A stretch of DNA of 64,000 nt from Candidatus Hydrogenedentota bacterium (GTDB lineage: Bacteria; Hydrogenedentota; Hydrogenedentia; Hydrogenedentales; SLHB01): assembly GCA_045863295.1 (NCBI GenBank), contig BTWA01000005.1, positions 64,001-128,000 of the forward strand. Direction: 5' to 3'. Numbering within the stretch: the stretch's first letter is position 1; the number at the start of each line of letters is the position of its first letter. Shown here in pieces: positions 60,866 to 64,000 of the stretch. A program made the position numbers and the translations under genes. The notes under the pieces were generated by a model that saw only the letters and a program-made list of their open reading frames with translations, had not been told where the DNA came from and searched no databases.

Positions 60866-62464
60866 ATGGTTTTGCGATGGGGCCTATTGTGCGCATTGGG
60901 ATCCTTGTGCCTGGGGTGTCCTCTGTTTGCGCCTCCTCAAGAATCAACTTTCAGCGAGGCAGGCGAGGACGCCCTGAACCCGCCTGTTATTCAGGGGGCG
61001 CATCTCTTTCGGTTTGCCCACATTACTGACACTCAGTTGGTCGACGACGAAAGCCCTGCGCGGACCGTGCTGGTGGATAGTCTTGTCAATTCGGCGTGGC
61101 GTCCGCAGGAAGCACACGGCACGCAAACGCTCGACGCCACATTGCGGGTTATCAATGATTACCACATGAATCAAGTAGGAGGATTTCCAATAGATTTTCT
61201 GGTTGCTACGGGCGACCTCGCCGACTGTGCGCAGAAGAATGAGATCCGATGGTTCATTGATGTCATGGATGGGAAGGCGGTTTTGCCCGACAGCGGAACT
61301 CCAGACGGACAGAACCGGCCGGTCGCTCCGGCGGACAATCCAAAACTTGCGTTTCAGGCGGAAGGTCTGCATCCCGATATCCCGTGGTATACGGTGTTCG
61401 GCAACCATGACGGGCTTGCGGTGGGTGTTTTTCCCATCTCCGACCAGGACGCCGATCCCGCGAATTGGTATGCGCCGTTGTTTGATCCAGTGGCCAACGT
61501 ACTCGGCTTTTTTGCGTTGTCCCCGCCCGTTTCCGCGATGATGCCGACCTTGCCGCAGAGTCCGGCGGCCATATTTGGCACGGAGCCGCCGATGAACCCA
61601 AGCACGCTACAGTTATTAACGGAACAGCTCTTTCCTGATCGCATCGTGCCTGACCCGGACCGTCATTTCTTGAACCAGAAACTATTTATCAAGGAGCATT
61701 TCGATACGTCGACATTTCCTGTTGGCCACGGGTATACCGATGAAAAGCGGGTGAACGGCCAGGCGTTTTATAGTGCAAGGCCAATCAACGGCGTACCGTT
61801 GCGGCTGGTTGTGTTGGATACCGTATCGCCTTTGCCCGTGTTTGGCTTTCCGGTTGAATATGGCGTGCTGACGCGCGATCAATTTGAGACCTTTGTGAAG
61901 CCTGAATTCGAGGCGGCAAAAACTGCCGGCGAGTGGGTGATAGTTTTGTCACATCATCCGAGCAGCGACTTTGGCCGTTTCTATCCTGGTGACAACGTCA
62001 GCGACGTGGAGTTCAGGGACTATCTGAGCACGCAATCCAATATCATTGCCCATGTTTGCGGCCACGTACACGTCAATAAGGTATATCGTATCGACGGTGC
62101 TTATCCGTATTTTGAAATTCTGACCAGTTCGATTATCGATTATCCGCAGGAGGCGCGGATACTCGATGCCTACTACGATCAATCCACGGAAACGCTTACT
62201 TTGGTAAGCGATCTTATCAGCCACATGGACAATCCCACGGTCCTTTCGCAGGAGTCGTTTCGGAGGTCGGTTGTCGACAAGGATAACCGCACCGGCTTTT
62301 TGAAGCAGGGTATGTCCTGGAATGAACTGGTGGAATCCACCGGAGCGCCGGTATTTCACACCACGACACACACGCATGCGCCTTCTTCGGTTGAGAAGTT
62401 TGGAATGGAAGAAGATCGGCATTTCGTGGCGAGATTTCACCGGCCCAATCCAACGAAACCATAG
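60866..62464 (+). CDS. Metallophosphoesterase lipoprotein
   Basis: LGC lipobox; ITDTQ, TGD, GNHD, SHHP, GHVH; ATG after GGAGAG. Confidence 0.88.
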   Translation: MVLRWGLLCALGSLCLGCPLFAPPQESTFSEAGEDALNPPVIQGAHLFRFAHITDTQLVDDESPARTVLVDSLVNSAWRPQEAHGTQTLDATLRVINDYHMNQVGGFPIDFLVATGDLADCAQKNEIRWFIDVMDGKAVLPDSGTPDGQNRPVAPADNPKLAFQAEGLHPDIPWYTVFGNHDGLAVGVFPISDQDADPANWYAPLFDPVANVLGFFALSPPVSAMMPTLPQSPAAIFGTEPPMNPSTLQLLTEQLFPDRIVPDPDRHFLNQKLFIKEHFDTSTFPVGHGYTDEKRVNGQAFYSARPINGVPLRLVVLDTVSPLPVFGFPVEYGVLTRDQFETFVKPEFEAAKTAGEWVIVLSHHPSSDFGRFYPGDNVSDVEFRDYLSTQSNIIAHVCGHVHVNKVYRIDGAYPYFEILTSSIIDYPQEARILDAYYDQSTETLTLVSDLISHMDNPTVLSQESFRRSVVDKDNRTGFLKQGMSWNELVESTGAPVFHTTTHTHAPSSVEKFGMEEDRHFVARFHRPNPTKP

Positions 62465-62546
62465 CCGGATCTTGTAAGGCGAAGGCGGGAGCCATTAGAG
62501 TAGTGGTTCCTGTATCACGCATGACAGACCGGGGAGAGAACGTCCG

Positions 62547-63308
62547 ATGAAAAAGTTACTTTGTTATACCATGGGTGCTTTTGCCTTCGTTGCCTTGACC
62601 TTTGTGGCCCTAGCCGATCCTGTTGAGTGGGTCAAGGGCGGCCTAATCACCCAAGGGGAAGCCGACGAGGGTTTTGTCCCCATTTTTAATGGAAAGGATT
62701 TGAACGGTTGGTGGATTCGCGGCGAAAACAAGGACGCGTACTATGTCAAAGATGGCAATCTGGTGGTTACCGGCAAGGAAGGCGGAGACTGGATTTTCAC
62801 TAACGAGGAATACGGGGATTTTGTGCTGCGCTATGAGTACCGTTGTGTAAGCGGCGAAGGGAACTCCGGTGTCGGAATACGGGCGCCCAAAGAGGGCAAT
62901 CCCGCGTTTGACGGGTTTGAGATTCAAGTGATACGAGCCGGCTGGGAGACGCCGTATCAACGGGCCGGCGCGTTGTATTCCGTGGTGCCTCCAAAGGTTG
63001 AAGCGGACAAGCCCTTTGGCGAATGGAACAGCGTCGAGATTCTTTGTGCCGGCGCGCGCGTGCGCACCCTGTTGAATGGGCAGGAACTGTACGACATCAA
63101 AGTGACCGACTATACCAAAGACACCGAAACCGAAGAGTGGCAGAAGCCCGCGGATACACGTCCGCTTAAAGGGTTTATTGGATTGCAGGACCATTCTGAC
63201 GAAGTGTGGTTTCGTAATCTACGCGTCAAGGCGTTGCCGGATACGGCCGAAGTGGACCCGCCCGCTACAACGGATGCGCCGAAACGCCGAGATAAAGAAG
63301 AAGGATGA
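62547..63308 (+). CDS. DUF1080 (3-keto-disaccharide hydrolase-like) exported protein
   Basis: IFNGKDLNGW, GNSGV, EIQV, GEWN, GFIGLQDH, VWFRN. Confidence 0.92.
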   Translation: MKKLLCYTMGAFAFVALTFVALADPVEWVKGGLITQGEADEGFVPIFNGKDLNGWWIRGENKDAYYVKDGNLVVTGKEGGDWIFTNEEYGDFVLRYEYRCVSGEGNSGVGIRAPKEGNPAFDGFEIQVIRAGWETPYQRAGALYSVVPPKVEADKPFGEWNSVEILCAGARVRTLLNGQELYDIKVTDYTKDTETEEWQKPADTRPLKGFIGLQDHSDEVWFRNLRVKALPDTAEVDPPATTDAPKRRDKEEG

Positions 63309-63985
63309 GGAGTGTGGGGGCGTCCCACGAGCGATCGAAAGTCACGTTAGCCCGCCGGACATTTTTGGCCGCGACGGTTGCGGGCAGTTTGTTGCCCGTC
63401 GGGGCATCGGCGGCGGCGCTGCCGGTCAGCGGTTATTTTTCAGCTTCCATTTTGCTTGCGGCGCGCGAGTACGTGATGCGCGCGAATCTGGGCAGGATTA
63501 CCCATATAAGCGCCGGTCTGCCTAACTCGGTGGTGGGGGACTTGGCCCGTACGATTGCGTTCAAAAACGATCCTTCGGCCAGCCCGGCTTTTTATGCCAT
63601 GCGCTACTATTTGCGTGATATTTATACCGTCGTCGGGCCGGTGGAACCGCTCCATGTGTCCGTTGCGGGCGGTACTTCCGGGAAAGCCACTGCACCAGAC
63701 CGCCTCCTGATGGAGACTGTTTTGCCGGGTGGCAATCGCATGGTGTTGGCTACGGGCACTATGAACGCCGAGGATGCCTTTATTGGCGTGCGATATGACA
63801 AGGGAATGCTCTTGGTCACGTCTGATGAGCTTCTCTGGGACTCGTACGCCCAACAGTCGACGCGTATGTTGGCCGCCAGCCGCGATCGATCGCCATTGAC
63901 TCTAGGTCCGCAGTCGCCTGCCTGCCTGGCAGCGGATGCCACCTTGGCCATGGCGTGGAGGGCGTGGCAAAACCGGCACGCATGA
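63305..63985 (+). CDS. Tat-signal protein resembling a Gfo/Idh/MocA C-terminal domain without the NAD-binding fold
   Basis: ARRTFL Tat motif; AREYVMRANLGRITHI, PLHVSVAGG, APD; ATGA overlap with the DUF1080 gene. Confidence 0.55.
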   Translation: MRSVGASHERSKVTLARRTFLAATVAGSLLPVGASAAALPVSGYFSASILLAAREYVMRANLGRITHISAGLPNSVVGDLARTIAFKNDPSASPAFYAMRYYLRDIYTVVGPVEPLHVSVAGGTSGKATAPDRLLMETVLPGGNRMVLATGTMNAEDAFIGVRYDKGMLLVTSDELLWDSYAQQSTRMLAASRDRSPLTLGPQSPACLAADATLAMAWRAWQNRHA

Positions 63986-64000
63986 CCAACCGCATTCAGT
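63982..64000 (+). CDS. Possible start of the next coupled gene (partial)
   Basis: ATGA overlap at 63982; frame open to the window end. Confidence 0.3.

Overview
GC-rich bacterial chromosomal region of about 55 genes. No rRNA, tRNA, CRISPR array, integrase or transposase was recognised. The gene content suggests a diderm organism such as Candidatus Hydrogenedentota or a PVC/Acidobacteria-like lineage (inference only, from the alginate-export-type porin, Tat sulfatase, DUF1080, ceramidase-like proteins and 'GCP' lipoproteins). Housekeeping genes are bioY, clpB, manC, ftsH-folP-(insert)-glmM, thiD and miaA. Accessory content includes a glycosylation cassette (GT2, two methyltransferases, GT-C with CBM), sugar-catabolic genes, two tandem duplications (lipoproteins with their regulatory DNA; lysyl-endopeptidase-like proteases) and several signalling systems. 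The main candidate for an undescribed system is a recurring architecture: two separate ECF sigma/anti-sigma operons each end in small, orphan secretin-like proteins with no T2SS/T4P/T3SS genes nearby, and a BlaI/BlaR1 pair carries a C-terminal STN/N0-like domain. Other highlights are a rhomboid protease gene followed by a TatA-like/J-domain fusion, a near-perfect sigma-54 promoter before clpB, a REP-like palindrome inside the 5' end of folP, and a CNT transporter overlapping thiD. All family calls come from motif recognition by eye, not database searches.
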